DNA of 64,000 nucleotides. Source: Candidatus Entotheonellaceae bacterium. Its GTDB lineage: Bacteria > Tectomicrobia > Entotheonellia > Entotheonellales > Entotheonellaceae. The translations under genes were made by a program, and so were the position numbers. The number at the start of each line of letters is the position of its first letter. The first letter of the stretch is position 1. The notes under the pieces were generated by a model. It did not search any database. It saw only the letters and a program-made list of their open reading frames with translations, and was not told the DNA's origin. The stretch is taken from NCBI GenBank assembly GCA_965238075.1, contig OZ250173.1, positions 992,001 through 1,056,000 on the forward strand, given 5' to 3'. Below, piece by piece: positions 1-11,280 of the stretch.

Positions 1-3000
1 ACCCTCGAGCTCCAAGGTCATGCCCGGCGGCACGAAGGCGCCGAAACTCTGACCGGCCGAGCCCTGGAAATGCAAATGGATGGTGTCCTCGGGCAGCCCC
101 TCCGGGCCATAACGGCGGGTTACCTCGCTACCGAGAATGGTGCCGGTGACCCGGTTGGTGTTGTGGATGGGGAGGGTTTTCTTGACCGCTTCGCGGCGTT
201 CCAGAGCAGGCTTGGCCAAGTCCAGGAGGACTTGGTTGTCGAGGCAGTGGTCCAGGCCGTGGTCTTGAGGGATTTGGCAGTAGCGGCCCACTTCCGGTCC
301 CACTTCCGGCTGATGCAAGATGCTGGAGTAGTCCAGCCCCCTTGCCTTCCAGTGCTCCAAGGCACGCCGCATTTCGATCTTGTCCGTACGCCCGATCATC
401 TCGTTGACGGTGCGAAAGCCGAGCTTGGCCATCAACTCACGCATTTCCTGGGCGACAAAGCGCATGAAATTGACGGCGTGCGACGGGTCGCCGGTAAATT
501 TCTCGCGCAGCGCCGGGTTCTGCGTGGCGACGCCCACCGGGCAGGTATCGAGGTGACACACCCGCATCATGATGCAGCCGAGGGAAACCAGCGCCGTGGT
601 GGCGAAACCGAATTCTTCGGCGCCGAGCAGGGCGGCAACCACCACGTCGCGCCCGGTTTTCAGTTGCCCATCCGTTTCGACCGCGATGCGGCTGCGCAAG
701 TCGTTCAGCACTAGCGTCTGGTGCGTCTCGGCGAGCCCAAGTTCCCACGGCAGCCCGGCGTGCTTGATACTGGTCTGCGGGGAGGCGCCGGTGCCGCCGT
801 CGTGACCGCTGATCAGCACCACGTCGGCGTGTCCCTTGGCAACCCCGGCGGCGATGGTGCCGACCCCCACCTCGGAGACCAGCTTGACGCTGATGCGCGC
901 GTGATGGTTGGCGTTCTTCAGGTCGTGGATCAGTTGCGCCAGGTCCTCGATAGAATAAATGTCGTGGTGCGGCGGCGGCGAAATCAGACCGACGCCCGGC
1001 GTCGACAGCCGCACCTTGGCGATCCACGGATAGACCTTGCGTCCGGGCAATTCGCCGCCCTCGCCGGGCTTGGCGCCTTGCGCCATTTTGATCTGCAGTT
1101 CTTTGGCCTGCGTCAGGTAGTAGCTGGTCACCCCGAAGCGCCCCGAGGCGACCTGCTTGATGGCGCTGTTACGGGAATCGCCGGAGGCATCCGGCACGTA
1201 GCGCGCCGGGTCCTCGCCGCCTTCGCCGGTGTTGCTCTTGCCGCCGATGCGATTCATGGCAATAGCCAGCGCCTCGTGCGCTTCCTTGCTGATCGAGCCG
1301 TACGACATGGCGCCGGTCTTGAAGCGCCGGACGATTTCTTCCGCCGGCTCGACCTCGTCCAGCGGGATCGGCTCGGCGGCAAACTGCAATTCCATCAGGC
1401 CGCGCAGGGTGGCAAGCTGCTCCGACTGATCATCGATCAGCGCCGTGTAGGACTTGAACACCTCGTAATCCTCGTTGCGGCAGGCCTTTTGCAGCAAGTG
1501 AATGGTCCTGGGATTGAACAGGTGCAACTCGCCGTCCTTGCGGTACTGGTACTGGCCGTGCACGTCCAGCGTGTGGCCGTTGACCGGAATGGCCGGGAAA
1601 GCCTTGGTGTGCTGCCGCTGCGCCTCCAGCGCAACTTGCTCCAGGTCGATACCGCCGACGCGCGACGCCGTCCAGGTGAAATACCGGTCGACGAGTTCCT
1701 GGCTGAGACCGACCGCCTCGAAAATCTGCGCGCCGCAGTAGGACTGGATCGTCGAAATGCCCATCTTGGACATCACCTTGACGACACCCTTGACGGCGCC
1801 CTTGATATAGCCGCTGACCGCTTTTTCGTACGTGATGTCCTTGAGCATGCCCTCACCGATCATGTCGTTGAGGGATTCATAGGCCATGTACGGATTGATC
1901 GCCTGCACGCCATAGCCGAGCAGCAGGCAGAAATGATGCACCTCGCGCGGCTCGCCGGATTCGAGGACCAGTCCGACGCGCCGCCGTGTGCCCTCGCGGA
2001 TCAGGTGGTGATGCAGACCTGCCGACGCCAGCAACGCCGGAATCGGTGCGCGTTCGCGGTCCACATCTTTGTCGGAGAGAATCAACATCGTGGCGCCGTC
2101 TGCGATTGCCTGGTCCGCTGCTTGGTAGAGGGCCTGCAGGACCGCTTCCAGGCCAGCCTTGCCGTCCGCGGCCTTGAAGACGATGGGCAGGGTGGCGGCG
2201 GGAAATCCGATGTCACCGCAGCGGCGCAGTTTCTCCATCTCGCCATTCGTCAGGATGGGGAGCTTGAGGCGAATCTGCCGGCAGTTTTCCGGCTCCGGGC
2301 GAAGCAGGTTACGCTCCGGGCCGAGGGTCAGCGTCGTGGCGGTGATCAGCTCTTCGCGGATGGGATCGAGCGGCGGGTTGGTAACCTGGGCGAAGAGTTG
2401 CTTAAAGTAGTTGTACAAGAGTTGGGGCTTGTCGGACAGCACGGCCAACGGCGTATCCGTGCCCATCGAGCCCACCGGCTGAATCTGGTTCACCGCCATG
2501 GGTCCGATGTTGATGCGCAGGTCCTCAAAGCTGTAGCCAAACGCCTGCTGCCGCTGCAGCGTCGCCGCGTGGTCGTGCGCGGGCGGCTGTTCGGGCACGT
2601 TGGGCAGCTCGTCAAAGTGCACCAGATGGTCGTCCAGCCATTGGCGGTACGGGTGCTCCATGGCGGCGGTATGCTTGATTTCCTCGTCGCTGATGATGCG
2701 TCCCTGTTCGGTGTCCACCAGGAACATGCGCCCCGGCTGCAGCCGCTGCTTCAGCAAGACGCGCTCCGGCTCCACCTCGAGGACGCCAACTTCGGAGGCC
2801 ATGATGACCAGATCGTCCTTGGTGACGTAATAGCGCGACGGCCGCAGGCCATTACGGTCGAGCACGGCGCCGACCCGCACCCCGTCGGTGAAGGCAATCG
2901 AGGCGGGGCCGTCCCACGGCTCCATCAGGCTGCTGTGGTATTCGTAAAACGCCTTCTTCTCGTCCGGCATGCTTTCATGATTTTCCCACGGCTCCGGGAT

Positions 3001-3969
3001 CATCATCATCATGGACTGGGATAGCGGCCGGCCGCCCAAAGCCAGGAATTCCAGGCAATTGTCGAAGATGGCGGAGTCGCTGCCGTCGCCCTGGAGAACC
3101 GGGAAGAGCTTGGGCAGATCGTCACCAAACAGTTCCGAGGCGAGCATGGTCTGGCGGGCGTACATCCAGTTTTCGTTGCCCCGCAGGGTGTTGATTTCGC
3201 CGTTGTGAATCAAGTAGCGGAAGGGCTGCGAGCGCTCCCAGCTTGGAAACGTGTTGGTGCTGAAGCGGGAGTGGACGACCGCCAGGGCGGTTTCGACCCG
3301 CGGGTCGGACAAATCGGGAAAGTATGTCGTCACCTGCCGCGGCGTAAGCATGCCTTTATAAATGAACGTCTTGTAAGAAAGGCTGGCGACGTAGAAGAAA
3401 TCGCCGCCCGGCATGTTGCCGTAGCGGATGGCGTTCTCCGCGCTGCGGCGGATAACGTACAGTTTGCGTTCGAAGACGAGGTCATCTGAGAGGCTTGCGT
3501 CACGGCCAATAAAGATCTGTTTCAAGGCCGGCTCGCACAACCGGGCGGTGGCACCGAGGTCGGCGTTGACGGTGGGCACGTCGCGCCAGCCCAACACCGT
3601 CTGGCCTTCCCGCTCGACAATGCTTTCCAATTGCGCCATGCACTGCCGTTGCTGCTGCGCGTCGGGCGGCAGGAAGATCATGCCGACACCATACTGCCCC
3701 GGCGCCGGCAGCGCCACGCCGATATCGGCACAGGCGTCCCGGAAGAAGGCATGCGGCACTTGCAGCAAAATCCCGGCGCCGTCCCCCGTGTTGGGCTCGC
3801 ATCCGCAGGCGCCGCGATGGTCGAGATTCTCCAACACCGTGAGTGCCTGATCGACGATTTCGTGGGATTTCCTGCCTTTCACGTTGACCACAAAACCGAT
3901 GCCACAAGCGTCATGCTCGTAACGCGGATCGTAAAGCCCTTGCTTGGGAGGAATGCCGGGTTTGGTCAT
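1..3969 (-). CDS. gltB: Glutamate synthase large subunit (3' end beyond window edge)
   Basis: Reverse strand from ATG at 3969 reads [27 protein letters not shown] (glutamine amidotransferase Cys); later [17 protein letters not shown] and [17 protein letters not shown] motifs. Absent from the ORF track because it has no stop in the window. Confidence 0.97.
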   Translation of the reverse strand, partial: MTKPGIPPKQGLYDPRYEHDACGIGFVVNVKGRKSHEIVDQALTVLENLDHRGACGCEPNTGDGAGILLQVPHAFFRDACADIGVALPAPGQYGVGMIFLPPDAQQQRQCMAQLESIVEREGQTVLGWRDVPTVNADLGATARLCEPALKQIFIGRDASLSDDLVFERKLYVIRRSAENAIRYGNMPGGDFFYVASLSYKTFIYKGMLTPRQVTTYFPDLSDPRVETALAVVHSRFSTNTFPSWERSQPFRYLIHNGEINTLRGNENWMYARQTMLASELFGDDLPKLFPVLQGDGSDSAIFDNCLEFLALGGRPLSQSMMMMIPEPWENHESMPDEKKAFYEYHSSLMEPWDGPASIAFTDGVRVGAVLDRNGLRPSRYYVTKDDLVIMASEVGVLEVEPERVLLKQRLQPGRMFLVDTEQGRIISDEEIKHTAAMEHPYRQWLDDHLVHFDELPNVPEQPPAHDHAATLQRQQAFGYSFEDLRINIGPMAVNQIQPVGSMGTDTPLAVLSDKPQLLYNYFKQLFAQVTNPPLDPIREELITATTLTLGPERNLLRPEPENCRQIRLKLPILTNGEMEKLRRCGDIGFPAATLPIVFKAADGKAGLEAVLQALYQAADQAIADGATMLILSDKDVDRERAPIPALLASAGLHHHLIREGTRRRVGLVLESGEPREVHHFCLLLGYGVQAINPYMAYESLNDMIGEGMLKDITYEKAVSGYIKGAVKGVVKVMSKMGISTIQSYCGAQIFEAVGLSQELVDRYFTWTASRVGGIDLEQVALEAQRQHTKAFPAIPVNGHTLDVHGQYQYRKDGELHLFNPRTIHLLQKACRNEDYEVFKSYTALIDDQSEQLATLRGLMELQFAAEPIPLDEVEPAEEIVRRFKTGAMSYGSISKEAHEALAIAMNRIGGKSNTGEGGEDPARYVPDASGDSRNSAIKQVASGRFGVTSYYLTQAKELQIKMAQGAKPGEGGELPGRKVYPWIAKVRLSTPGVGLISPPPHHDIYSIEDLAQLIHDLKNANHHARISVKLVSEVGVGTIAAGVAKGHADVVLISGHDGGTGASPQTSIKHAGLPWELGLAETHQTLVLNDLRSRIAVETDGQLKTGRDVVVAALLGAEEFGFATTALVSLGCIMMRVCHLDTCPVGVATQNPALREKFTGDPSHAVNFMRFVAQEMRELMAKLGFRTVNEMIGRTDKIEMRRALEHWKARGLDYSSILHQPEVGPEVGRYCQIPQDHGLDHCLDNQVLLDLAKPALERREAVKKTLPIHNTNRVTGTILGSEVTRRYGPEGLPEDTIHLHFQGSAGQSFGAFVPPGMTLELEG

Positions 3970-4218
3970 GGGGTTGCCCTTCTTCGGTACGGCAGCGCTA
4001 CGGACCAGCGGAAGCGTTCGTAACGCTATATGGCGCGTGTAATTGGGATTGGGAACCACCTACTCAGGCGGGCTGCGAGGCCATACTGGCTGGCCTCAGA
4101 TTCGATACGTCTTACGCCCTCGTCAGTAAGGATGGAATTTGGCTGGCCGGACCTCTCATGCAGGGGAGGCCGGGGCTTGCGATTAACGTGGCAATAGAGG
4201 GATCAAATTAAGCGCCGT

Positions 4219-4247
4219 ATTATGCGTGCGGGTATATGGGCTGTCAA
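4219..4247 (-). promoter_or_regulatory. Sigma70-type promoter for gltB
   Basis: Minus strand TTGACA-17 bp-CATAAT, about 250 bp upstream of the gltB ATG. Confidence 0.7.
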
Positions 4248-4352
4248 GTTGCAAGTAGGCGCTGGACACGGCCCGACAGCGAAGGGTAACATGCCGCTTC
4301 CGTGGCTTCTGGGCTGATTTCCCAGCACCCGTTTGTGCAAGGGAGTGCGAGC

Positions 4353-4859
4353 ATGTTTCGGCAACCTAAAATCGGCCGCTGTATGGCCTTCCTGGGGCTT
4401 TCCGTTCTGTTGTTTGCCAACGTGGTTCAGGGGCAGCAGAACGGAGCGCTTTCCATCACCCACCAGGGCTTCTCCCGGCCTCAGGCACGCGGCAAGCCGC
4501 TGGCCATCGAAGCCACCATTACCGCCGCGGCCGGTATTCGCAAGGCGCAGGTATTCTGCCGCTCTGCGGGCGGTGGCGACTTCATGGCGCTGCCGATGTT
4601 ACCCGTCGAGCGCGACCTGTATCGAGCCGTGGTGCCTGACTGGCTAATGGCCGGCGCAGGTCTGGAGTACTACGTCGAGGTGACCGACAGCAACGGTCAG
4701 GCCGCCTCGCAAGGCTTCAGGGGATTCCCGCTGCAGGTGCTATTGGTCTCCACCCGTCGGTCCTCGCAGGAAGAACGCCTGAAGGCGCTACAGGAAGCCC
4801 TCGACCTCATCCGCGAACAGAATCGGCCGTCTGGAACCACCGATCGGTATAACCGTTAA
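4353..4859 (+). CDS. Hypothetical exported protein (beta-rich, Ig-like segment)
   Basis: Signal-peptide-like N-terminus (AFLGLSVLLFANVVQG) and a YRAVVP...LEYYVEVTDSNG segment typical of Ig-like domains. Confidence 0.6.
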   Translation: MFRQPKIGRCMAFLGLSVLLFANVVQGQQNGALSITHQGFSRPQARGKPLAIEATITAAAGIRKAQVFCRSAGGGDFMALPMLPVERDLYRAVVPDWLMAGAGLEYYVEVTDSNGQAASQGFRGFPLQVLLVSTRRSSQEERLKALQEALDLIREQNRPSGTTDRYNR

Positions 4860-4904
4860 GCAGCGCTGACGGGCGGTATCCTCACCCCATACAAAGAGGT
4901 AAAC

Positions 4905-5417
4905 ATGAGTAGGATAACGGCGTTGATGTTCCTGGTGGCGCTGGCCGTGATAGCAATTGATCCGTTGAACATGGCACCCGCTGCCGCAGCACAGCACCGC
5001 TGCCTGCGCATCGCAGTGCTGACCATTGAGCCCCACGGGCAAACTGCCGAAGACGGCAAGGCAAGCCCTAGCGGCTGGTTTCCGTTGGTCTGCCGGCACG
5101 GGGCTAAATTTACGGCAACCGGGCGGCCCGCCGACGTCGATATCAGCGGCAAAGCACTGGCAGCCAAGGACGACTTCGCGGAAATCTGTGGACTCGGTAC
5201 GGAACTGGGGGGTAGTAGGATAAGCCAGTGGATATTGAACGACGCTCGCCTGAACGATGACACTCCGATGCATGACGAAGACCGCATCTGTCTCGCGCTG
5301 CATCCGATTGGCCTGTACTGCGGCGTCAGGGCGAACATGGCCGAGGTCATGAGCTTCCGCGTGATAAAGGGCGATCTTCCCGTCGCCGTGAATGAGGATT
5401 ATTGCCCGGACCGGTAG
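4905..5417 (+). CDS. Hypothetical protein with signal peptide
   Basis: GAGG RBS before ATG; hydrophobic N-terminus; fills the gap before proA. Confidence 0.5.
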   Translation: MSRITALMFLVALAVIAIDPLNMAPAAAAQHRCLRIAVLTIEPHGQTAEDGKASPSGWFPLVCRHGAKFTATGRPADVDISGKALAAKDDFAEICGLGTELGGSRISQWILNDARLNDDTPMHDEDRICLALHPIGLYCGVRANMAEVMSFRVIKGDLPVAVNEDYCPDR

Positions 5418-5469
5418 CCGTGCCGCTCTTGACCCCCCGTTAGGTTGGCCGATTGATAAGGAAGTTGTC

Positions 5470-6780
5470 GTGACCCCCATGGAAGAAATCGCCGGCCGCG
5501 CCAAGGACGCTGCGCTCAGGCTTGCCGGCCTGTCGACGGACGTGAAGAACCGCGCCCTGCAGGGAATGGCGGACTTATTGCGGGACCGGCGCGCGGACAT
5601 TCTGGCGGCTAATCAACAAGACGTACAGCTCGCCACCGAGCTGGTGGTGAGCGGAGCGCTGTCGAAGCCGCTCTTGGATCGCTTGAAGCTGAGCGCAGAC
5701 AAGATACTGGGCATGGCGCAAGGGGTGGAAAGCGTCTCCCAGTTGCCCGATCCGGTGGGGCAGATCTTGTCGGCGGTGGAACTGGATGCCGGCCTGGAAT
5801 TGCGGCAAGTGAGTTGCCCCATCGGCGTTATCGGGGCGATTTTCGAGTCGCGCCCGGACGCGGTGCCGCAAATCGCCTCACTGTGCTGGAAGTCCGGCAA
5901 TGCGGTCATCCTGAAAGGCGGCACCGAGGCGCAGGCATCCAACCGGATGCTGGTGAGTCTGCTGCGCCGCGCCGTCGCCGCCGTCGAGCCCGGCCTGGCA
6001 GACGCAGTGCAGATGATCGAGACGCGTGAGGACGTGCGCGCCCTGCTGCAACTCGAGGACCACATCGACCTGTTCGTGCCGCGCGGCAGCAACGACTTCG
6101 TGCGCTACATCCAGGACAACACCCGCGTGCCGGTGCTCGGGCACGCCGACGGCATCTGCCACGCCTACGTGGACCAACGCGCCGACGTTGCCCAGGCCGT
6201 CGCCGTCTGCTACGACGCCAAGGTGCAGTATCCGGCGGTGTGCAACGCCATCGAAACGGTGCTGGTGCATCGGCAGATTGCGCCGACCTTCCTGCCCCTG
6301 TTGGCCAGGGCTTACGAGCAGGCGGGCGTCGAAATGCGCGGCTGCGACGCCACGCGGATGCTGCTGCCGAACATCGTACCGGCAGCAGACGAGGACTGGG
6401 ATACCGAGTACCTTGACCTGATCGTCTCGATCCGCCTGGTGGACGACCTGGAAGCGGCGATTGCCCACGTCAATCGCCACGGGTCGGGCCACACCGACAC
6501 CATCGTCACGGAGGATCACCAAGCCGCCGAACGCTTCCTCGACGGCGTCGACGCTGCCACCGTCATGCATAACGCCTCCACCCGTTTTGCCGACGGCTTC
6601 CGCTTTGGCAAGGGTGCCGAGATCGGCATCAGCACCAACAAGACCCACGCACGCGGCCCGGTCGGGCTGGAGGGGCTGGTGCTCTATAAATACCGCCTCA
6701 GCGGGCGCGGCCACGTGGTAGCGGACTATGTTGGGCCGCAAGCCAAGCCGTTCACCCACCGCCGCCTGTCCACGGACTGA
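5470..6780 (+). CDS. proA: Glutamate-5-semialdehyde dehydrogenase (gamma-glutamyl phosphate reductase)
   Basis: PIGVIGAIFESRP, CNAIET, NASTRFADG, EIGISTNKTHARGPVGLEGL motifs. Start taken at the GTG after AAGGAAG. Confidence 0.96.
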   Translation: MTPMEEIAGRAKDAALRLAGLSTDVKNRALQGMADLLRDRRADILAANQQDVQLATELVVSGALSKPLLDRLKLSADKILGMAQGVESVSQLPDPVGQILSAVELDAGLELRQVSCPIGVIGAIFESRPDAVPQIASLCWKSGNAVILKGGTEAQASNRMLVSLLRRAVAAVEPGLADAVQMIETREDVRALLQLEDHIDLFVPRGSNDFVRYIQDNTRVPVLGHADGICHAYVDQRADVAQAVAVCYDAKVQYPAVCNAIETVLVHRQIAPTFLPLLARAYEQAGVEMRGCDATRMLLPNIVPAADEDWDTEYLDLIVSIRLVDDLEAAIAHVNRHGSGHTDTIVTEDHQAAERFLDGVDAATVMHNASTRFADGFRFGKGAEIGISTNKTHARGPVGLEGLVLYKYRLSGRGHVVADYVGPQAKPFTHRRLSTD

Positions 6781-6801
6781 CGCTTCCCCTCCTCGCCCGA
6801 C

Positions 6802-7461
6802 TCAATTGAGTTTCGCGCTCCGCATCATGCCCAACACCCGGGTGAGTCGCGCGATCTGTTCCTCGACCGACAGCGTTTGCAGCACCTCCTGCTGCGCGTG
6901 CGGGTCAAGGGGCAGGTGTGAGGCGACGAAGAAGACCATGTCGATCGGGCTGGCGAGTAGCTTCAGTTGGGTGCGAAACTGGTCGGCGGCGACGCCCTTG
7001 CGGTCCAACAGGTCGAGAAATTGCTGCCGCATGGCCTCGGCCTGCTGGGCTAGCAGCGCCTGGTTCTCCAAATCAGGGTTCAGCGTCTGCACCGAGGCGC
7101 GCAAGTAGGCGCGGTCCTCGTGGAAGTCGAGCATCTCGATACGTCCCATGCCCTGGATAACGATGTCCATGCAGTCGTTCGGGCGCCGCACCGCCCGCGT
7201 GATGCGCCCAAATCCCGCAATGGGATAGGGCCGCGGCGTCCCCGACTGCTGCTCCCACCCCTTTTGGAGCAGCGCCACCGACAAATACGGCTCGCCCTCC
7301 AGGCAATCCTGCACCATCTCCTTGTAGCGCTCTTCAAAAATGTACAGGGGCAGACTGGCGTTGGGCATCAGGACGACGTTGGGCAGGGGAAAGATGGGCA
7401 GAGGGTCAGGCAATTGCGATCGATCTTCGAAGATCGGATCGTCTCCCGGGATATCGGCCAT
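6802..7461 (-). CDS. LON peptidase substrate-binding (N-terminal) domain protein
   Basis: LPIFPLPNVVLMP...LPLYIFEERYKEMVQDCL signature; no ATPase domain. Confidence 0.88.
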   Translation of the reverse strand: MADIPGDDPIFEDRSQLPDPLPIFPLPNVVLMPNASLPLYIFEERYKEMVQDCLEGEPYLSVALLQKGWEQQSGTPRPYPIAGFGRITRAVRRPNDCMDIVIQGMGRIEMLDFHEDRAYLRASVQTLNPDLENQALLAQQAEAMRQQFLDLLDRKGVAADQFRTQLKLLASPIDMVFFVASHLPLDPHAQQEVLQTLSVEEQIARLTRVLGMMRSAKLN

Positions 7462-7777
7462 GGCTGTGTTCCTGTCTCAGTAGAGGTTATGGCAGGACGA
7501 GGCTCGGTCTGGGGATAAAGGCCGTATCGCCTCCCTCGGGGCACCAATGTAAACGCGGCTCCGGCGGGATTCAACCCGCTTCACCCGGCCGCGGGGCGCC
7601 GCTTGGGAACCCTTTCATGCTCGGCGTGCCACCCCCGGCCATGCGCTTTGTTATTGAACATGCTACCATTCCGCCGTCCATGAACCAGTTGCGCAGCGTG
7701 TTTTCCGGTCGATGCCCGACCCCTGCCTTTCCCTAACGAGCCTGCACGGTGCGTCGGCGGCAGAAGGAGTTGACTGC

Positions 7778-9700
7778 ATGTCAAAAACAGTGGGGACCCT
7801 CCCCAGGCCCTGGTCGGTGGCTGATGCGGTCGAGACCTATGGTATCGACGATTGGGGAAGGGGCCACTTCTGCATCAGCGACGCCGGCCACGTATTGGTA
7901 ACGCCGCCGGATCAGGCGGGTCACACCATTGATTTGAAAGCCCTGGTCGATGAGGTTCGGCAACGAGGCGTCGGGCTGCCGCTCCTGCTGCGCTTCTCAG
8001 ACCTCCTGCGTAGCCGCATCGACGAGCTCAACCACGCCTTTCAGAGCGCTATTGAAGAATATGGGTATCAGGGCACGTACCGCGGCGTGTATCCGGTGAA
8101 GGTCAACCCGCAGCGCCAGGTGGTCGAAGAGGTGGTGCGCTTCGGACGGCCCTATCACCACGGCCTCGAAGCGGGCTCGAAGCCGGAGCTGCTGGCCGTG
8201 TTGGCTATGTTGGAAGACGAGGAAGCCCTGATTATTTGCAATGGCTATAAGGACAAGGAATACGTCGAAACCGCCCTGCTCGGCAGCACCATGGGCCGCA
8301 CCATCATTCTGGTGGTGGAAAAGCTCAGCGAATTGCCCCTGATCGCCCGCCTGGCCGCAAAAACGAACGTTCGCCCCCGCATCGGCGTACGCCTGCGGTT
8401 GTCAACCCGCGGCAGCGGCCGCTGGGAGGCGTCGGGCGGGGATCATTCCAAATTCGGCCTTTCGGCGCGCGAACTACTGGAATCCATCGACCTGCTGCGC
8501 CAGCACGATCTTCTTGACACGTTTGAATTGCTTCACTTCCACCTGGGCAGCCAGATCTCGAACATTCGCAACATCAAGGACGGCTTGCGGGAAGCCGGCC
8601 GTTTTTACTGCGAGTTGGTCAGAATGGGCGTGCCGCTGCGCTACCTCGACGTCGGCGGCGGCCTCGGGGTCGATTACGACGGCTCGCAGACGAACTTTCA
8701 TTCCTCCATCAACTACACCCTTCAGGAATACGCCAACGACGTGGTCTACGCCGTCCTGGAAATGTGCGAGGAAGCCTCGGTGCCGACCCCGATTCTGGTC
8801 AGCGAATCCGGCCGCGCCACGGTGGCGCATCATTGCGTGCTGGTCACCGACATCCTCGGGGTCAGCGAATTCGGCACCGCCTCGCTGGCCAGCGAGCCGC
8901 CGGAGGACGCCGCGGCCGTGGTGTGGAACATGTACGACACGTACCGCGAATTGACCCGCAAGAATTTGTTGGAAGCCTACCACGACGCCCTGCAATACAA
9001 GGACGAAACGCTGACCCTGTTCGCCCTCGGTCACTTGCAACTGCAGCAGCGGGTGCTGGCGGAGGAGTATTTCTGGGGCATCTGCCAGAAGATCCTGCGC
9101 TTCATCCGCGATGTGGACGAAATCCCCGAGGAGCTTGAAGCCCTGGAGCGGCTGCTGGCCGACACGTACTTCTGCAATTTCTCGCTGTTTCAGTCGATCC
9201 CCGACTTCTGGGCGGTCAAACAACTCTTCCCCATCATGCCCATCCACCGCCTGCACGAAGAGCCGACGCGCCGCGCCGTGTTGGCGGACATCACGTGTGA
9301 CTCGGACGGCAAAATCGACGAGTTTATTGACCGGCGCGACGTAAAACAGGTGCTCCGATTGCACTCCCCCACAGGCGAAGATTATTACCTCGGCTTCTTT
9401 CTGGTCGGCGCTTATCAGGAAATTCTCGGCGACCTGCACAACCTGTTCGGCGACACCAACACGGTGCACGTCTTCATCGGCCCCAACGGCGAGTATCATC
9501 TGGATCACGTCGTGGCCGGCGATACGGTGACGGACGTGCTGAATTACGCCAACTATTCGCGCGACGACCTTGTTGCCCGCTTGCGCCGGTCGATCGAGCG
9601 CGCCCTTCGGGCCGGGCGCATGCCCCTTGAGGCGTCCCGCCATCTGTTGGGCATCTACGAATCGGGGCTGGCCAGCTACACGTACCTCGAAGCACACTGA
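7778..9700 (+). CDS. speA: Biosynthetic arginine decarboxylase
   Basis: YPVKVN (PLP Lys), EAGSKPEL, HFHLGSQ, DVGGGLGVDYDGS, DITCDSDG, GAYQEILGDLHNLFG; AAGGAG RBS before ATG 7778. Confidence 0.96.
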   Translation: MSKTVGTLPRPWSVADAVETYGIDDWGRGHFCISDAGHVLVTPPDQAGHTIDLKALVDEVRQRGVGLPLLLRFSDLLRSRIDELNHAFQSAIEEYGYQGTYRGVYPVKVNPQRQVVEEVVRFGRPYHHGLEAGSKPELLAVLAMLEDEEALIICNGYKDKEYVETALLGSTMGRTIILVVEKLSELPLIARLAAKTNVRPRIGVRLRLSTRGSGRWEASGGDHSKFGLSARELLESIDLLRQHDLLDTFELLHFHLGSQISNIRNIKDGLREAGRFYCELVRMGVPLRYLDVGGGLGVDYDGSQTNFHSSINYTLQEYANDVVYAVLEMCEEASVPTPILVSESGRATVAHHCVLVTDILGVSEFGTASLASEPPEDAAAVVWNMYDTYRELTRKNLLEAYHDALQYKDETLTLFALGHLQLQQRVLAEEYFWGICQKILRFIRDVDEIPEELEALERLLADTYFCNFSLFQSIPDFWAVKQLFPIMPIHRLHEEPTRRAVLADITCDSDGKIDEFIDRRDVKQVLRLHSPTGEDYYLGFFLVGAYQEILGDLHNLFGDTNTVHVFIGPNGEYHLDHVVAGDTVTDVLNYANYSRDDLVARLRRSIERALRAGRMPLEASRHLLGIYESGLASYTYLEAH

Positions 9701-9744
9701 TCCGCGCCGTCCTTCTTCCGGCCCATAACCCACGCACGAGGGAG

Positions 9745-10593
9745 ATGATGAGGCAGCGCCAAAGCCCGTCGATGCTGTGCCCCGGTTGCCGCAAGCTGCT
9801 GAACAGGGAAGCGCCGTTCTGTCCGCACTGCGGCATACAGCGACCGGGTGCCTGGTGGAAGCGCCTCACTCTGCGGGGATGGCTGCGCGACCCTAGTCAA
9901 GTGGTCAAGGTTCTCATCGGCATCAACGCCGGCGTGTACGTCATCTCGCTGCTGATTTCCCCGCGGAATTTCCAGGTCTCGTTCGACCTGCTGACCACGC
10001 TGTCGCCAAGTAACCAGAGCCTGTTGCAACTTGGCGCCACCGGCACCATCCCCATCGACCATCTGCAACGCTGGTGGACGCTGCTGTCGGCCAATTACCT
10101 GCACGGCGGCGTTCTGCACATCCTGTTCAACATGCTCGCATTGCGACAGCTCATACCCTTGGTGGGGCATCTCTACGGTATCAGCCGTTTGATCGTGCTC
10201 TACACGCTGACCGGTGTCGCCGGATTCTGGGTGTCGTACGTGGCGGGCGTTCCGTTCACCATCGGCGCCTCGGCGGCGTTGTGTGGGTTGATCGGGGCAA
10301 CGCTGTATTACGGCAAGAGCCGCGGCGGGCTGTTCGGTGAGGCCATTTACCGCCAGATCGGCGGCTGGGCGATCGGCATTTTCGTCATCGGGCTGCTGAT
10401 TCCCGGCATCAACAACTGGGGGCACGGCGGCGGCATGGCGGCGGGCGCCCTGCTCGGCTTCTTGATGGGCTACCGCGAACGCCGTGACGAGCAGCCTTGG
10501 CATACGACGCTGGCCGTCGTCTGCACGTCGGCGACGGGGCTCGTCCTGGCCTGGATGCTGCTGAGCAGCATTTGGCCCTACGTCCTGGGCTGA
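9745..10593 (+). CDS. Rhomboid family intramembrane serine protease with N-terminal zinc ribbon
   Basis: HILFNM, GASA (Ser), GHGGG (His); CPGC...CPHC at the N-terminus. Confidence 0.9.
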   Translation: MMRQRQSPSMLCPGCRKLLNREAPFCPHCGIQRPGAWWKRLTLRGWLRDPSQVVKVLIGINAGVYVISLLISPRNFQVSFDLLTTLSPSNQSLLQLGATGTIPIDHLQRWWTLLSANYLHGGVLHILFNMLALRQLIPLVGHLYGISRLIVLYTLTGVAGFWVSYVAGVPFTIGASAALCGLIGATLYYGKSRGGLFGEAIYRQIGGWAIGIFVIGLLIPGINNWGHGGGMAAGALLGFLMGYRERRDEQPWHTTLAVVCTSATGLVLAWMLLSSIWPYVLG

Positions 10594-10676
10594 TCCCTCG
10601 GAAAAGGTTGCGTCGCAGCCAGGCCCTATGCGAATGTGCGCCGCAACCGACAATCGCGTGAGGGGCGTGCACAGCC

Positions 10677-11270
10677 ATGAGCAAAGCGAAAAACGAATCG
10701 GCTTCGCGCGAGCGCGACATCGTCGCCACGGCCGCCCGATTGTTCAAGGAGAAGGGGTATCGGGCGACGACCCTGGAAGATATCGCCGCAGCGGTGGGGA
10801 TGCTCAAAGGGAGTCTGTATTACTACATTCGCAGTAAGGAAGAGTTGCTCTATCTGGTCGTCCGCGACCCCATCCGTGAGGTGTATAGCGAACTCGAAGC
10901 CATTGTCGCCGCCGACCTGCCGTTCACCGAAAAGATCGCCCAGGCCATTACCAACCACATGACGGTTTTCCATCTGCATTACCCGCACATCGCCGTGTAC
11001 CTGCACGACTACCACCATCTCATGGACAAACTGGAGCAGAACGTCATTGAGACCCCCAAGCAGTATCAGCGCTTGTGGGACACCTTGCTGCGCCAGGGCA
11101 TTGCCGCCGGAGAAATACGCGACGACGTCGATGCCACCATGGCCGGCTACGCCCTCCTCGGCATGTGCAACTGGGCTTATCGCTGGTACAGCCCGACCGG
11201 CCGGCTTTCACCTCAGGAAATCGCGGACGTGTTCACCAGAATCGCCCTACATGGTCTCAGCCGTACCTGA
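10677..11270 (+). CDS. TetR/AcrR family regulator (KstR2-like C-terminus)
   Basis: TTLEDIAAAVGMLKGSLYYYIRSKEELL HTH; GMCNWAYRWY C-terminal motif. Confidence 0.92.
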   Translation: MSKAKNESASRERDIVATAARLFKEKGYRATTLEDIAAAVGMLKGSLYYYIRSKEELLYLVVRDPIREVYSELEAIVAADLPFTEKIAQAITNHMTVFHLHYPHIAVYLHDYHHLMDKLEQNVIETPKQYQRLWDTLLRQGIAAGEIRDDVDATMAGYALLGMCNWAYRWYSPTGRLSPQEIADVFTRIALHGLSRT

Positions 11271-11280
11271 TCTGCCCGCC

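Noticed and set aside
70-3024. Long plus-strand ORFs (214 and 767 aa)
   Set aside because: Antisense shadows of gltB, typical of high-GC DNA; no family motifs. The same applies to most long antisense ORFs in the track.
4095-4135. Hammerhead-like CTGACGAG...GAA on the minus strand of the gltB leader
   Set aside because: Stem II does not pair properly, the GAAA core reads GAAT, and I found no stems I or III.
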